A stretch of 64,000 nucleotides of DNA from Mizuhopecten yessoensis (Eukaryota): the NCBI RefSeq assembly GCF_002113885.1, contig NW_018408658.1, positions 267,972 through 331,971 on the forward strand, in the 5' to 3' direction. Below, in pieces: positions 25,301 through 37,604 of the stretch. The notes beneath the pieces are model-generated. The model saw only the letters and a list, made by a program, of their open reading frames with translations, was not told the DNA's origin and made no database searches. Within the stretch, counting starts at the first letter, position 1, and each line of letters begins with the position of its first letter. The translations under genes were made by a program, and so were the position numbers.

Positions 25301-26901
25301 AGTGGTCTCCAGAAGAGTACCGCCATCGCGGAGACACAAAAAAGGACAGACATTACCGACAAAATAAAGTCTTTTTGTTTTTGTAGGAAAGGTGTTTGCT
25401 TCGTTAAATGGATGAAGGTCAGTATTGACCCTACCGGGGGGCATGTACTTAATTATGATAGACACTGAAATATCATGGTTAAAAATCGGATCTCACTAAC
25501 AACAGGAATAACAGCGTGTGTATAGATAGATAGCATCACATGTATTAAGACTTTGGAAAATAAAAATATCAATATTTAATATTTGAACACGTACGATATA
25601 CATTCTTATATAATATGTATTATTATTAGATATGATGGTCCCTTGATTGAATCAACGATAGGTAAGGTAGGGTTTATATATGGTATAAGTATTAATGTTC
25701 ACTTTAACGTTAACACGAAAGTCATTAAAGGCCGTACCTGTCAATATTACATAGAGGGTTCCTGTAGCTTAATACACTTGTAACCCAGGTAACTACAGTC
25801 TCTAAGCATTACAATGACCTTCAGGTGAATAACCTATCTTTTATTTAGAATTAGGACGTCTTAAGAAACGAACATTGGTTGGTATAAGGAAAGTCACCCA
25901 AAGAGCATAAGAAATCGTCATAGAGGGCAAGAACTGGTGGTCATTAGCAATTTTACAACACCGTCAACACCTTTTATACGAGGTCTAGAAACTAATAATG
26001 ACTGCAGACTTATACGAAGTAATTTAGAAAAGGCATAGGTTGGTACGAATCAAACTTTATTGATTCGTAACAGGCCCATATTGGCAGGTTAGACATGTTT
26101 TTTTTTTTTTTTAATATTCACTATTTGTAACGTTCTGCGTAAAATTTTAAGTTTGACGAATTACAAACGAATTAAGTCAACAGGACATCACTTATAACTT
26201 TTACCAGACACGGGCATGTTAAGGCAGTCAGATGTTTTTGATATCATCGATAGCCAAGCTTTTCAAAGCTTGTCTCAACTAAACAAATCTATGATGTTCG
26301 AAGTAATAGTTTTTAAAAGTGGTGTTAAGATTTAAATGAAGTATCAATAGATTTATAGGAGTAGTTACTTGTTCAGTGGCATAGTGTACATAGACTGGTT
26401 CGTGTGACATGCACCATCGGCAAAAGGGAGATAGCAAAAAGTTAGTAAACCAGTGAACAAAAAACGTACAAACAACTTTAACCTGACAATGTTACAGTTG
26501 TGTCTGGTTTAACCTGACATGGTACAGTTGTGTCTGGTTATCAATAAAACATAGCCTTACTCTAGATGGTAAAATCTTGTAAAAAAAATAGATCGTGGCG
26601 AAATTCAAAATACTAACAAAACGTATATATGCGAAAAATACATCATCAATGCTGCCCACACTATTAGTATTACATTTAGTGGTGGAAGTATATTAGTAAC
26701 ATAGACACATAAATGTCCAGAACACTGGTTTGTGGTGATCACATTGTACACGTGATATGTATAAACCCTGTCTACTGATATGTAAACACGTATTTATAAA
26801 GACCACCAAAGGGAAGGCAAAACAGTGGTTGGTTTCATAACGGGGATGCTCTCCTAATGCGGTAATTATATAAACCAAAATACAGCTTTGTGATAAAATG
26901 G

Positions 26902-27271
26902 AAGGGCTGCAACGATATATCGTATTGTATCGTATCACGATACTTTCTTGTGTATCGTACCGAATTGTTTTGTTTGCCTGTCTCCTGATACACTAGCAGC
27001 ACTTAAATTTTGAATTAATTTTTATCAAACCCCTAAAAATGTCCTTCAGTAAAGATGTGGTCAACTGTGCAGTCATACCCAAAAGTACTACAAAGAATAC
27101 AAAAATATATTTCGATAGTATATACTATTGAAGTCTATGACAACATCCTGCACTCAATCATTATGAAGTTGACCTTTTAAGCAGATATTTGTATCGTGAT
27201 ACGTATCGTATCGAAAGCATCGTATCGCGATTCGTATCGTATCGTGAGGAATATATATCGTTGCAGCCCTT
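26902..27271. mobile_element. hAT-like MITE
   Basis: TIR AAGGGCTGCAACGATATAT / ATATATCGTTGCAGCCCTT, subterminal GTATC repeats, and 8-bp flanks TAAAATGG / AAAAATGG (7 of 8 match). Confidence 0.82.
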
Positions 27272-27636
27272 AAAAATGGTGATCTAATACACGAGATAGG
27301 ACTGATTAAGCTACACACATGGATTAACAATGCCAGATATATTGTTTCTCACAGAGCAAACAATATAATGACGATTATCTAATCAATGCTATTTAAGGTT
27401 AGGTCGGCATTCCCTGACATGACTGTTCAATGTTTCCTTTTCAAAAAAGGTTATTGGATATCATTCATGCTTTGCGATTAGTCAATTTCGGAATAATTAC
27501 ACCAAGCTTATTTGCAAGGATTTAAATTCGATAGTCGAAAAAACCTGTCGGTTAAATCAAAGATTTCAACGGCAAAATATAGAATGTAAATCCCGCAAAC
27601 TAGAAACTTTTTACTCTCCTACAAATGAGAGGTATT

Positions 27637-28194
27637 TTAACTCTCAGCGATTGATTGTAATATGTCTATAAGGTTGACAAGACCAAAAAGAATGCCTTCC
27701 TCCACACCGCCTTGGTGTTCCTTTACGTCCGACTTCAGCACCGTGTGAGCAAAATCTATCATCCGGGCATCTGCAGTGGCCATGTCGTCATCACAACCAG
27801 ACTGGTCAACTTTTCCGTCCTCAGTTTCCTCCACTTTAATTTGATCGGGGAAATCATGTGACGAGTTGTTACTGGATAAATCCTCTTCTGATTGGTCAGA
27901 ATTTCGTTCGGAAGATTCATTTGCTTGTTTTGATTGGTCGGAACACTGATAATTTTCAATGTAACCGTCGTAAAACAGTAGTAACGACGATGAGAAGAAG
28001 TAAAAAGTATCCTGTGTAGATAGCACGTGATGCAGTCTGCGCAGTTTCTGTATCATCCGAGAAATTTCACGTATGTTTATGGTTTGGCTGTTGTGGAAGA
28101 ACTGCCGAAGATCCTGACGAAGACCATTATCGTCTAGGGCCCGACCGTGGTACTTGTCGTAAGATAGGTAACTGTTAGTTTCCGCCTGGTATAC
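27637..28194 (-). CDS. IP6K: Inositol hexakisphosphate kinase, last coding exon
   Basis: CAG acceptor at 28197-28195. Encodes VYQAETNSYLSYDKYHGRALD...FFSSSLLLFYDG...ARMIDFAHT...GILFGLVNLIDIL then stop (SSLL and IDF motifs of the IPK family). Confidence 0.95.
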   Translation of the reverse strand, partial: VYQAETNSYLSYDKYHGRALDDNGLRQDLRQFFHNSQTINIREISRMIQKLRRLHHVLSTQDTFYFFSSSLLLFYDGYIENYQCSDQSKQANESSERNSDQSEEDLSSNNSSHDFPDQIKVEETEDGKVDQSGCDDDMATADARMIDFAHTVLKSDVKEHQGGVEEGILFGLVNLIDILQSIAES

Positions 28195-28628
28195 CTGTCA
28201 ACAACAAAACTCTTAATATTAAGCGTCCAAGGTAAATATAGTCATAGATGGCGTATGTATCGATAGTGCAGTTCCACGTTAAGCAAATTTCGTAGCATGC
28301 GCGATCCCCAAGACACTTGCGTTACCTAACGCATGTGTCAAAAATGGATGTAGGAATAAAACTGTTTTGTGTGTAATTATATTGCAGTACCTTCAGCAAA
28401 AGTCAGCGATTAACGACAACCGCGACATGACTTTACCAATACTTAATATGATACTTCTGAGGTGTGGGAGAATGTAAAATATAGCACGAATAGCATGGTC
28501 TATTAATAGCTTAAATAAATCAAGAATTCATATGCGACAGTGTAGTGTAAGTTTCGTGGCTTTTGTGTTATGGTAAATCGTAAATTCAACAAATAACGTG
28601 ACGCCACATAATTTACAATCTTTAAGAC

Positions 28629-29897
28629 ACATTTCTACCCCAGTAACACTTCATACTCAGTGTTAACAAGGTCACGGGCAACATTTCTAGTCCAGTAACA
28701 CTACATACTCAGTGTTAACAAGGTCACGGGCAACATTTCTAGTCCAGTAACAATTCATACTCAGTGTTAACAAGGTCACGGGCAACATTTCTAGTCCATT
28801 AACACTTCATACTCAGAGTTAACAAGGTCACGGGGAACATTTCTACCCAAGTAACACTTCATACTCAGTGTTAACAAGGTCACGGGGAACATTTCTAGTA
28901 CAGTAACACTTCATACTCAGTGTTAACAAGGTCACGGGGAACATTTCTACCCAAGTAACACTTCATACTCAGTGTTAACAAGGTCACGGGGAACATTTCT
29001 AGTACAGTAACACTTCATACTCAGTGTTAACAAGGTCACGGGGAACATTTCTACCCAAGTAACACTTCATACTCAGTGTTAACAAGGTCACGGGGAACAT
29101 TTCTAGTACAGTAACACTTCATACCCAGTGTTAACAAGGTCACGGGGAACATTTCTACCCAAGTAACACTTCATACTCAGTGTTAACAAGGTCACGGGCA
29201 ACATTTCTAGTCTAGTAACACTACATACTCAGTGTTAACAAGGTCAGGGGGAACATTTCTAGTCCAGTAACACTACATACTCAGAGTTAACAAGGTCACG
29301 GGGAACATTACTAGTCCGGTAACACTTCATACTCAAAGCTAACAAGGTCACGGGGAACATTTCTAGTCCAGTAACACTACATACTCAGAGTTAACAAGGT
29401 CACGGGGAACATTTCTAGTCCGGTAACACTTCATACTCAGTGTTAACAAGGTCACGGGGAACATTTCTAGTCCAGTAACACTACATACTCAGAGTTAACA
29501 AGGTCACGGGGAACATTTCTAGTCCGGTAACACTTCATACTCAGAGTTAACAAGGTCACGGGCAACATTTCTAGTCTAGTAACACTACATACTCAGTGTT
29601 AACAAGGTCACGGGGAACATTTCTAGTCCGGTAACACTTCATACTCAGAGTTAACAAGGTCACGGGGAACATTTCTAGTCCGATAACACTCCATACTCAG
29701 AGTTAACAAGGTCACGGGCAACATTTCTAGTCTAGTAACACTACATACTCAGAGTTAACAAGGTCACGGGGAACATTACTAGTACAGTAACACTACATAC
29801 TCAGAGTTAACAAGGTCACGGGCAACATTTCTAGTCCGGTAACACTTCATACTCAAAGCTAACAAGGTCACGGGGAACATTTCTAGTACAGTAACAT
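28629..29897. repeat. Intronic tandem repeat, 52-bp unit, about 24 copies
   Basis: Unit ACATTTCTAGTCCAGTAACACTTCATACTCAGTGTTAACAAGGTCACGGGGA. Confidence 0.97.
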
Positions 29898-30020
29898 AGT
29901 ACAATAACACAAGTAATATTTCTAGTAAAGTAAAACTGTGTGACAAAACAACAGCAAATGTTTCTTGTCACGTGACAATACACACGCCAAACATTTCTAG
30001 TACTACTTCACAAATGTCTT

Positions 30021-33000
30021 ACAATCTCACAGCAATTATTTAGTCAAGTATCAGTTACGGTACAGTAATACAATCTCACAGCAATTATTTAGAGTCAAGT
30101 ACCAGTTACACTACAGTAATACAATCTCACAGCAATTATTTAAAGTCAAGTACCAATTACACTAGAGTATTACAATCTCACAGCAGTTATTTAAAGTCAA
30201 GTACCAGTTACACTACAGTAATACAATCTCACAGCAATTATTAAGAGTAAAGTACTAGTTACACTACAGTATTACAATCTCACAGCAATTATTTAGTCAA
30301 GTATCAGTTACACTACAGTATTACAATCTCACAGCAATTATTTAGTAAAGTACCAATTACACTACAGTATTACAAGCTCACAGCAATTATTTAGTCAAGT
30401 ACCAGTTACGCTCCAGTATTACAATCTCACAGCAATTGTTTAGAGTCAAGTACCAGTTACACTACAGTAATACAATCTCACAGCAATGATTTAGTCAAGT
30501 ATCAGTTACACTACATTAACACAATCTCACAGCAATTGTTTAGTCAAGTATCAGTTACACTACAGTATTACAATCTCACAGCAATTATTTAGTCAAGTAT
30601 CAGTTACACTACATTAACACAATCTCACAGCAATTGTTTAGTCAAGTATCAGTTACACTACAGTATTACAATCTGACAGCAATTATTTAGTAAAGTACCA
30701 ATTACACTACAGTATTACAATCTCACATCAATTATTTAGTCAAGTACCAGTTACACTCCAGTATTACAATCTCACAGCAATTGTTTAGAGTCAAGTACCA
30801 GTTACACTACAGTATTACAATCTCACAGCAATTATTTAGAATCAAGTGCCAGTTACACTACAGTATTACAATATCATAGCAATTATTTAGAGTCAAGTAC
30901 CAGTTACACTACAGTAATACAATCTCACAGCAATTATTTAGAGTCAAGTACCAGTTACACTACAGTATGACAATCTCACAGCAATTGTTTAGAGTCAAGT
31001 ACCAGTTACACTACAGTAATACAATCTCACAGCAATTATTTAGTCAAGTACCAGTTACACTACAGTAATACAATCTCACAGCAATTATTTAGAGTCAAGT
31101 ACCAGTTACACTACAGTAATACAATCTCACAGCAATTATTTAGAGTCAAGTACCAGTTACACTACAGTAATACAATCTCACAGCAATTATTTAGAGTCAA
31201 GTACCAGTTACACTACAGTAATACAATCTCACAGCAATTATTTAGAGTCAAGTACCAGTTACACTACAGTAATACAATCTCACAGCAATTATTTAGAGTC
31301 AAGTACCAGTTACACTACAGTAATACAATCTCACAGCAATTATTTAGAGTCAAGTACCAGTTACACTACAGTAATACAATCTCACAGCAATTATTTAGAG
31401 TCAAGTACCAGTTACACTACAGTATTACAATCTCACAGCAATTATTTAGAGTCAAGTACCAGTTACACTACAGTAATACAATCTCACAGCAATTATTTAG
31501 AGTCAAGTACCAGTTACACTACAGTAATACAATCTCACAGCAATTATTTAGAGTCAAGTACCAGTTACACTACAGTAATACAATCTCACAGCAATTATTT
31601 AGAGTCAAGTACCAGTTACACTACAGTAATACAATCTCACAGCAATTATTTAGAGTCAAGTACCAGTTACACTACAGTAATACAATCTCACAGCAATTAT
31701 TTAGAGTCAAGTACCAGTTACACTACAGTATTACAATCTCACAGCAATTATTTAGAGTCAAGTACCAGTTACACTACAGTAATACAATCTCACAGCAATT
31801 ATTTAGAGTCAAGTACCAGTTACACTACAGTATGACAATCTCACAGCAATTGTTTAGAGTCAAGTACCAGTTACACTACAGTAATACAATCTCACAGCAA
31901 TTATTTAGTCAAGTACCAGTTACACTACAGTAATACAATCTCACAGCAATTATTTAGAGTCAAGTTCCAGTTACACTACAGTATGACAATCTCACAGCAA
32001 TTGTTTAGAGTCAAGTACCAGTTACACTACAGTAATACAATCTCACAGCAATTATTTAGAGTCAAGTACCAGTTACACTACAGTAATACAATCTCACAGC
32101 AATTATTTAGAGTCAAGTACCAGTTACACTACAGTAATACAATCTCACAGCAATTATTTAGAGTCAAGTACCAGTTACACTACAGTAATACAATCTCACA
32201 GCAATTATTTAGAGTCAAGTACCAGTTACACTACAGTAATACAATCTCACAGCAATTATTTAGAGTCAAGTACCAGTTACACTACAGTATGACAATCTCA
32301 CAGCAATTGTTTAGAGTCAAGTACCAGTTACACTACAGTAATACAATCTCACAGCAATTATTTAGTCAAGTACCAGTTACACTACAGTAATACAATCTCA
32401 CAGCAATTATTTAGAGTCAAGTACCAGTTACACTACAGTATTACAATCTCACAGCAATTATTTAGAGTCAAGTACCAGTTACACTACAGTAATACAATCT
32501 CACAGCAATTATTTAGAGTCAAGTACCAGTTACACTACAGTATGACAATCTCACAGCAATTGTTTAGAGTCAAGTACCAGTTACACTACAGTAATACAAT
32601 CTCACAGCAATTATTTAGTCAAGTATCGGTTACACTACAGTATGACAATCTCACAGCAATTATTTAATCAAGTATCGGTCACACTTCAGTAATACAATCT
32701 CACAGCAATTGTTTAGAGTCAAGTACCAGTTACACTACAGTATGACAATCTCACAGCAATTATTTAGTCAAGTATCGGTTACGGTACAGTAATACAATCT
32801 CACAGCAAATATTTAGAATCAAGTACCAGTTACACTACAGTATTACAATCTCACAGCAATTATTTAGGCAAGTATCGGTTACGGGACAGTAATACAATCT
32901 CACGGCAATTATTTAGTCACGTACCAGTTACACTACAGAAATACAATCTAACAGCAATTATTTAGAGTCAAGTTCCAGTTACACTACAGAAATACAATCT

Positions 33001-33310
33001 AACAGCAATTATTTAGAATCAAGTGCCAGTTACACTACAGTGTAACAATCTCACAGCAAATATTTAGTATCAAGTACCAGTTACACTACAGCATTACAAT
33101 CTCACAGCAATTATATAGTCAAGTACCAGTTACACTCCAGTATAACAATCTCACAGCAATTATTTCGAGTCAAGTACCAGTTTCACTACAGTAATACATT
33201 CTCACAGCAATTATTTAATCAAGTATCGGTCACACTACAGTAATACAATCTCACAGCAATTATTTAGAGTCAAGTACCAGTTACACTACAGCATTACAAT
33301 CTCAAAGCAA
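30021..33310. repeat. Intronic tandem repeat, 51-bp unit (49-bp variants), about 65 copies
   Basis: Unit ACAATCTCACAGCAATTATTTAGAGTCAAGTACCAGTTACACTACAGTAAT; homogeneous centre and diverged edges. Confidence 0.97.
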
Positions 33311-33888
33311 ACAGTTTTAGTCCAATAACACTACATACCTTACAACCACAAAACTGCAAATTAAACAGTTCATGAATAAATGCTTCCTTACAAACCATAC
33401 AGTGTCCGACATTAACACCACGTTAAATAGATCGAGACCCATTATACGAACTTATCAATGACGATCCGTAAAGGAAGAAAAGATTGAGCGATATTTCTTT
33501 CAAATTAGGCATTTAATGAAAATTTTGAAACCGTTGACATAAGTTGTTAACACTTCGATACACATCCATCCTAGTAGACAGGAAGCCTGGCCGTCATTAT
33601 GTTTCCGATTACTTTGTCGTGGGGTAATTATAACCCTACACAAGTCTCCGTCAGACAGTGAACACTACAGCTGAACGGTCATACTCAAAGAATGTAACGC
33701 TGTATTGTATAGCTGGTTGGTACTTGGTTGTAATCCCATGACATTGCATGAATTATAACCCGCTGACAGAAAGTTGTCGGTCCTGACCGTCTGAATGGAC
33801 ACGGCCCCATGATCCATGGGATATCAACTCAATCACGTTCGCCAAGCTCGATATGTCCATTTAACATTGATGTGTCCATTTAAAACAG

Positions 33889-33928
<40 letters not shown>
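33889..33928. repeat. C40 homopolymer (G40 on the IP6K sense strand)
   Basis: Direct reading. Confidence 0.9.
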
Positions 33929-33930
<2 letters not shown>

Positions 33931-34030
33931 CACCTTATTCTCCTTTCAATATTTCCGAAAAACGCAACTAAAAATCTCTATATTTACAACATTAAAAACG
34001 GTTCGACATCGTTCGGTTTGGATAACTTAC

Positions 34031-34206
34031 TTGCATGCCGCAGATGCGCAGACCTAGGGAAGCGGAAGTTGAATGTGCGCATCGATCTTCCAGCAGCTTC
34101 TTCTTCTCCTCTGAAGAATCGTCGCCATGTTGTCGGGTTCCCATCTTGAGGTCCAGTATACAGGGCATTCTTAGTGAGCCGACCAGATTACCAAGCATGA
34201 TAAACT
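34031..34206 (-). CDS. IP6K: Inositol hexakisphosphate kinase coding exon 4 (PxxxDxKxG motif)
   Basis: Encodes (K)FIMLGNLVGSLRMPCILDLKMGTRQHGDDSSEEK...STSASLGLRICGMQ; GTAAGT donor at 34030; 176 bp. Confidence 0.96.
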
Positions 34207-35809
34207 CTTTGATAGGTTAAGGATGTACGTACAGATAGAACAGTAGGATAGCTTTACCTGAAGACTTCTGTTCACATAGCATACCTTAAAACATAACAGC
34301 TTTATGAAGAAATGAAGAGATTTGTTATGCAAAAATGGAAAATGGTTATTTAATTTCGCTCCAATTTTGCAAGGACTCTATTCGCTTCCGTTCCGCCTCT
34401 TTCCTGTTTTTGTATTTGAGTTGTATGATTCTGTCCTGCTGTGATGATCGCGCAGCATTTTATTTTCTATTCGCCATATCAAAGTTACTTGCATAAATGG
34501 TTGTTTTGTTTAACGTCCTAAAAACAGCTATGGTCATTTAAGGACGTGCCAGGTGGTGGTGATGGTGGTGGTGGTGGAGGAAAGCCGGAGTTCCCAGAGA
34601 AAAACCACCGACCAACGGCCAGTTCTTGGCGACTGCCCCACGTATGTCTCGAACCCGCGACCCAGTGGTGGAGGGCTAGTGGTACATTTAGCAGAATGTC
34701 AGATGTCTTAACCACATGGCCACCGCGACCCCTTGCATATAGATCTATTAGGCCTGCGTCAACAGATTAACCACAACCCTGTCAGGTAGAAAGTCCATTT
34801 AAATCATCCAAAACTTTAACAAAGTCAACCATTGATGCTTCGAACTTTTCTTTACCTTATCTTGATCTGTTGTTAAACATATAAACTTGATGTTTACGTA
34901 TGTTTCTATATTCTAGCAACATCTATAAACTTATCTTTCTGTCTATACATTCTGATATTTAGAAATTGTGCTTTCTGTGTTTTTAAACAAACTTAATCGA
35001 CACATGTAAAATTACAACACAATCCCGTATACAGGTAAATATAACCACTTTGTACATGTACCTGGACCGTAGTTTTCTCCCCGCCTGGGGCACTTACGTA
35101 ACTCGTCGGGTAAGGCCGGGGGTGTGAAAATCCAGGTGAAGGAGAGCTATAGACAAACGAATGCAAATAACAAATACTATTCATTACGGTCAAACGGTAT
35201 CGCATATCAGCTCTGTGTGTCAGGCACTGGTCAGGTAAAACTCCGGACACTCATAAAATTGTTATTTACCTGTTCTGTTACCTTGGAGCCAAACCCATTC
35301 TTGACAGCCTAACGGTCGCTGTAATACTGTGTAACACGCATTGTGAAATTGTATAATCTTGATTATTGTGATGAGAAATTACAGATATATACACAGTGCA
35401 CATAATCCGATACAAGCCTTCCGTATTTTTGTCATTCCGTAATTTTGATCTACAATTGATACCAAATCGCACAGTTGTGCGGAGAGAAGCGCACAACGGG
35501 GCGAACGATTGCTCAATCGCACAGTTGTGCGCACCATGTGTGGACGATGTGCGGACGGTGTGTGAACGATGTTCAAGTTTTAGACGTTCAAGTTCTTTCA
35601 GATGTATGCACGGTGTGCGCACGCTATTTTTGGTGCGTTGTGCGGTCCCACACCTGTAACTTCATTACACTCACTCTATGTAAGGTTTTTAAAGTTGCTG
35701 ATACTAACAAAATGTATTTATTTGTAATGCAAAGGATGTGAGATGTGAATAAACTGTCAAATATACGTTTGTTTTGCAATAAGATTGATTTACGTAAAGT
35801 AAAGGATAC
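34207..35809 (-). other. U12-type (minor spliceosome) GT-AG intron in IP6K
   Basis: 5' splice site GTATCCTTT at 35809-35801; branch point TCCTTAAC at 34223-34216, about 10 nt before AAAG; no pyrimidine tract. Splicing restores the frame (A|AG = Lys). Confidence 0.9.
34498..34732 (-). mobile_element. tRNA-derived SINE with a V-domain-like core
   Basis: Minus strand: GGGGTCGCGGTGGCCATGTGGTTAAG (A box), GGGTTCGAGAC (B box), core GGTGGTTTTTCTCTGGGAACTCCGGCTTTCCTCC, tail ACGTCCTTAAATGACCATAGCTG...GGACGTTAAAC. Confidence 0.85.
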
Positions 35810-35913
35810 TCTGGTCGACGTTGTTTGACCAGAAGCCATTACGCTGCATCTGGCGGTCTATACAGGAAACACTCCAATTGTCTAACCCCGACTTCACCTC
35901 ATCGCTTCTCCCT
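35810..35913 (-). CDS. IP6K: Inositol hexakisphosphate kinase coding exon 3 (not in the ORF track)
   Basis: CAG acceptor at 35916-35914; 104 bp. Encodes GRSDEVKSGLDNWSVSCIDRQMQRNGFWSNNVDQ (WSxxC as in the IP6K NPWSxxC motif). Phases fit both neighbours. Confidence 0.85.
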
Positions 35914-36547
35914 CTGTAGATACAAAACAATCACAACTAGTACACAAAAACACAACCAATGCCCCGTAGATTATTGTTTAACAAATGGAGCTTTTGGGAT
36001 ATATACAGCAAAACCTCGCCATACTTACTGTCATATATGTTGAGCCATATATATATATATCAAGAAATCATTGAAAGGAAGTTGGATGCTTTAATGAGAA
36101 AGAAATATTAAAATATGTTGGAGGTAGACTTGGTGGCATTATATTGCGGTTTACTGTGCAGTTAATCTATACACTACACAGTTAAAGGTTTATAGAAGTA
36201 TAACGTTAAAGACACATTAAAAAAACTCATTTTGTCCTTTAATATACGTTTTGATGCTAGCCAAAAATCTAATATATACGTTCCATAACTTAAACAGCAA
36301 ATTTCTTTGAACATTCGTATTTGGATAGACTTATGTTTACGATTTACATATCTGTACTAATATCAACATTGGGAAGGGACTTATTTTACACAATGACAAT
36401 TTAAAGCACACGGAACATAACCGAAATCCTATTTTCAGCCCATCAACATTTTAATAAACAAAGGACTAAAGTAGAGATAATCAATACTCAATCAATCCAT
36501 TATTCATCGCACACCTCGTTGTTGATTCGGGATAACTCTAGACTTAC

Positions 36548-36647
36548 TCGTTGTTTTGATGTTCTGTGTTCCGAAGGATATATCCGGGTACTTCAGCGTA
36601 GAACGTGGGACTGTCGTTGTCATGGCTACATTTGACACACACGAGGC
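36548..36647 (-). CDS. IP6K: Inositol hexakisphosphate kinase coding exon 2 (not in the ORF track)
   Basis: CAG acceptor at 36650-36648, GTAAGT donor at 36547; 100 bp. Encodes (G)LVCVKCSHDNDSPTFYAEVPGYILRNTEHQNN, continuing FTPHYKG in frame. Confidence 0.85.
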
Positions 36648-37447
36648 CTGAAGAGATACAAATAATTCATGACTGTGATTAATAAGGACATAATGAGAGG
36701 CGAGCTATCGATCACAGTGTATAACGATAGCTTACTCGTTACTGTTTCAGCGAGACAGTTTACAATCTTCGTCAGCAAGAACACAGCTGCAAATATATTC
36801 CAACAAAGCAGGCTCTTTTTGCACTGGTAGTTTTCCGTTATCTATGGCAATCTGATAAGTCATGTACCGTAGCGGGAAGTTACTGATGCATATATTTGTT
36901 TTATCATGTGTGTCAATGGTTAATGCCAAATAGTATATTATTTGGCAAGAGAGGTGTCGGGATAAAATGTTTACGTAACAAAATAATAGAGCACATACAT
37001 AATAAATTTGACTGTCAATCATTTTCATATTCGTTACAGTGAGATAGGTTTGAATATTCAGTAGCTAGACGACGTATTGACTTATCACGACTGAGAAGCA
37101 TGCGTGGAAGAAACGCAGAATGCGGTAAAGTCAACTTTTGGGGTTTAACGTCCTCGCACCAGCCAAGACATTAGGAAGACGCCAAGCGGGACAAGACCGA
37201 AATGGTGAGTACGGTAGATCAGAACGAGACCTTTGGTGCTGTAGTGGGCGAAGCAGACCAAGCTTGGTTTCTTGATTGTTTTTTTCTTCTTTACAAAGCA
37301 GAACACCCCCCCNCGCCTCTTACAATACACATGCAGTATGATAGAGACAGAGAGGCAGGTAGTTCTACACTTTCTCTGAGGGAGACTTAAATGGAGTCTC
37401 ATAATACGTATGGACCGCTTTCGTGTATCGCGATCCAACCGGTTTAA

Positions 37448-37530
37448 TCCTTTCACCCCTATGTACATTTAGTAGACTCTGCCATGCATTGATGTGGATG
37501 AGTCTATTTTGGTCTACAGTGGTGAAAGGG
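37448..37530. mobile_element. 83-bp piggyBac-like mini-MITE
   Basis: TTAA on both sides (37444-37447, 37531-37534); TIR TCCTTTCACC / GGTGAAAGGG; internal TAGACTC / GAGTCTA pairing. Confidence 0.7.
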
Positions 37531-37604
37531 TTAACCGGTTGGACCAGAGTTGTTCGTTTATGAAATAAGGTCGGACCTAGAAATCTGATGCTGCTTTCAG
37601 AAAT

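Noticed and set aside
31983-32390. ORF of 17-aa repeats (TISQQLFRVKYQLHYSN)
   Set aside because: It arises from the 51-bp intronic satellite; the frame is repeatedly broken by 49-bp variants and it is antisense within an IP6K intron.
34640-34732. tRNA gene
   Set aside because: A and B boxes are present but continue into a SINE core and tail, with no complete cloverleaf; annotated as a SINE head.
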